A DNA stretch of 64,000 bases from Plasmodiophora brassicae (lineage: Eukaryota): contig CP145416.1 in NCBI GenBank assembly GCA_036867785.1, forward strand, positions 372,001 through 436,000, given 5' to 3'. A program made the position numbers and the translations under genes. Shown here piece by piece: positions 62,071 to 64,000 of the stretch; position 1 is the first letter of the stretch, and every line of letters begins with the position of its first letter. The notes beneath the pieces are model-generated. The model was not told the origin of the DNA and ran no database searches. It saw only the letters and a list, made by a program, of their open reading frames with translations.

Positions 62071-62997
62071 ATGGCGTCGATCCGCGAGCTGTGGGACGCG
62101 GCAACGCGGAACGGGACCGTCGCCGATTGGCGCGCAGTCGTCGACGGCATCCGCGATCTGTTCTCGAGCAACGAGCTGATCGACGACGTTGCCACCGGCG
62201 ACCTGCGGTTCGTGACGGCGAATTACGGCCTGGCGACCGCGATCCTGCAGGAATCATCGTCCGGTACGAACCGAATCCAGGCGATTGCCGATGCGAGCGC
62301 TGCGTTTCGCCGATTCCTGCACCTGTGCGACACGTTGCAGGCCGTGCCACGAGGCGTGATCCCGGACGACGACGACGACGCCGCGCCGTCGCCCGAGGTG
62401 CTCCGGACCCGCAAGATCGATAACTTCAGACGGACACGGGACATTCGCCAACGACTAGCCACGCTGGACCAGATCAAGTTGAGGCGCGGCGAGACGGACG
62501 ATCTGGACGAGGTCGAACGCGAAATCTACCAATTGCAGATCCAGCTCGCTGCGCTCGACGCCGTCAATCAGATGTCACTGAGCGAACGCGAACTGGATTT
62601 GCTCCGGAGTAGGCCCGCTGACGACGTGGCCGGCGAGCGCGACCAGCAGTCGACGACGCCGGCGCCCCCTCCCCATGTCGTCCGAATCGACAAGGACATG
62701 TCCGTTCATCAGGTACGGCTTGGTGGCGCCCGCGTTGACCTAGATCGTCGCGCTCGCGAACGCGCCGCCGTGTTCGCCGACCGCAACAAGCCGACGATGA
62801 CGCTGGACCAGTTCGCCGACCTGGAGATCGCCGCCGCCAAGCAGCGGCAACAGGCCGCCCAGGATCGGGAAGCGCAAGCCGCCAAAGTCGACGTCGACAG
62901 CGAGCAGCACATCGATGCTGAAACGCTCCAGGCCCGCGCCTGGGACGACTGGAAGGACGAGCATGAGAAGGGCATCGGCAATAAAGGCTACACGTGA
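62071..62997 (+). CDS. TAP42: PP2A regulatory subunit TAP42/alpha4
   Basis: LFSSNELIDDVATGDLRF, R..KI..F, EREIY, PTMTLDQFAD.E, ARAWDDWKDEHEKGIGNK. Confidence 0.93.
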   Translation: MASIRELWDAATRNGTVADWRAVVDGIRDLFSSNELIDDVATGDLRFVTANYGLATAILQESSSGTNRIQAIADASAAFRRFLHLCDTLQAVPRGVIPDDDDDAAPSPEVLRTRKIDNFRRTRDIRQRLATLDQIKLRRGETDDLDEVEREIYQLQIQLAALDAVNQMSLSERELDLLRSRPADDVAGERDQQSTTPAPPPHVVRIDKDMSVHQVRLGGARVDLDRRARERAAVFADRNKPTMTLDQFADLEIAAAKQRQQAAQDREAQAAKVDVDSEQHIDAETLQARAWDDWKDEHEKGIGNKGYT

Positions 62998-64000
62998 TCT
63001 CCCTGTATTGGGCGGCATCTGTAGACGGACGACGTCGTGAAGACGGATTCGGGGTCGTCAATCGTCTCGCTGTCGGCAGCCGGGGTCATCCTCCACGACA
63101 ACGCGTTGAACGTCAGGGCCCGATGACCCAGCAACGTCAGCGCCTGCGACGTTCGGTCGACGACGGATTCCGGCAGGATGCTGGCGCTGTCGAGCACGCA
63201 CTGGAACGCAGGCGCAACGACCCGCTTCGGGAACGCCACCGCCAGCTTCGTCAAGGCGACGATTCCGACATGAATAATCTGGTGCCGGTCCTCATCGCTG
63301 GGGATCGCAGGGGCCTGGGAACCTGTTGACGACCACGGTGGCAGGATGCCACATTCCTGCATGTGGTCGCGGTTCGCCTGCCGGGCGACCTCGACTTGGT
63401 CCAGGACGAGCTGTTCGACACAGTCGATGTACGACGCGATCGTGTCGACGTTGTCCGGCAGGCGCAGGCAGTGCTCCCCGATGGCGTAGACGACGTGCTT
63501 GACGAGCGGGCGCAATCGCGCGTCGCGATGCTCGGAGACGACCCGTTCAATCAGTGGACGCATCGTTACGATCAGTGCAGGCGCCCGCGCGAACAGGCCC
63601 AGCAACGCGTTGCACAACTCGACGCGCACTTCGTCGCCGACGTTCCAGCTCAGGAACAGCTCCATGATGGTCTCGGCCACCTCCTGGTACCGCTGATGGT
63701 CGACGCTGCCCAGGACCGCGTCGAGGAACGTACCCACGAGAACCTTCATGTGCGCGCAGCACCCTGATCGAAACGATCAGCACGACAGCGGTACAGGCGA
63801 CCAGGCCTACAGACGTTGGACGCGGGGCGTGCTGCGCCTCCAGAGGCGGGAACGGTCGGCGATGGTGGTCGGCGACGGTGGTGGTTCGTCGTTCCCATCG
63901 CTGCGATTCAGGAGGAGATGCGTGTACACGCGAACCACATCGACGTCGTCCTGGATGGCGGATTTGAACGCCGTCCTGAGATCGAGGTCGGCCTCCATCG
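62988..64000 (-). CDS. AP-5 complex subunit zeta-1-like (C-terminal part; 5' end outside the window)
   Basis: Helical repeat with LVKHVVYAIGEH and IVALTKLA, resembling the AP5Z1 C-terminus; intron ~63765-63806. Confidence 0.55.

Noticed and set aside
1-64000. CRISPR array, rRNA, operons or prokaryotic defence systems
   Set aside because: No regularly spaced repeats or rRNA signatures seen; the genes are spliced and eukaryotic.

Overview
This window is gene-dense, GC-rich eukaryotic DNA, not prokaryotic. It holds about 35 genes with very short (~50-65 nt) GT-AG introns, short intergenic gaps, a tRNA-Gly and transposon remnants. Compactness, flagellar genes (B9D2, TPGS1), signal-peptide ankyrin proteins and a parasite-type nucleotide transporter suggest a phytomyxid such as Plasmodiophora brassicae; this is inference, not verified. 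Housekeeping genes include RPA49, PMM, MYB, KDSR, LTV1, NDUFB10, MIOS, TNPO3, VAMP7, two tandem G-alpha genes, TBC1D23, canopy, kinesin-4, UBC13, SAM50, TAP42 and an AP5Z1-like gene. The most striking items are: (1) a single-chain SH3 + p22phox-like + NOX NADPH oxidase, supported by phase-consistent introns; (2) an intronless TLC/NTT ATP/ADP translocase with no transit peptide; (3) a signal-peptide protein with a PP1-docking RVxF motif and CBM21 domain, a candidate effector mimicking a glycogen-targeting subunit; (4) a TRP14 thioredoxin fused to a HAD-IIA phosphoglycolate phosphatase; (5) a phosphonatase PhnX with a presequence; (6) a 55-bp-arm palindrome in a decayed element. All exon structures and family calls were made by eye from motifs, with no database search.
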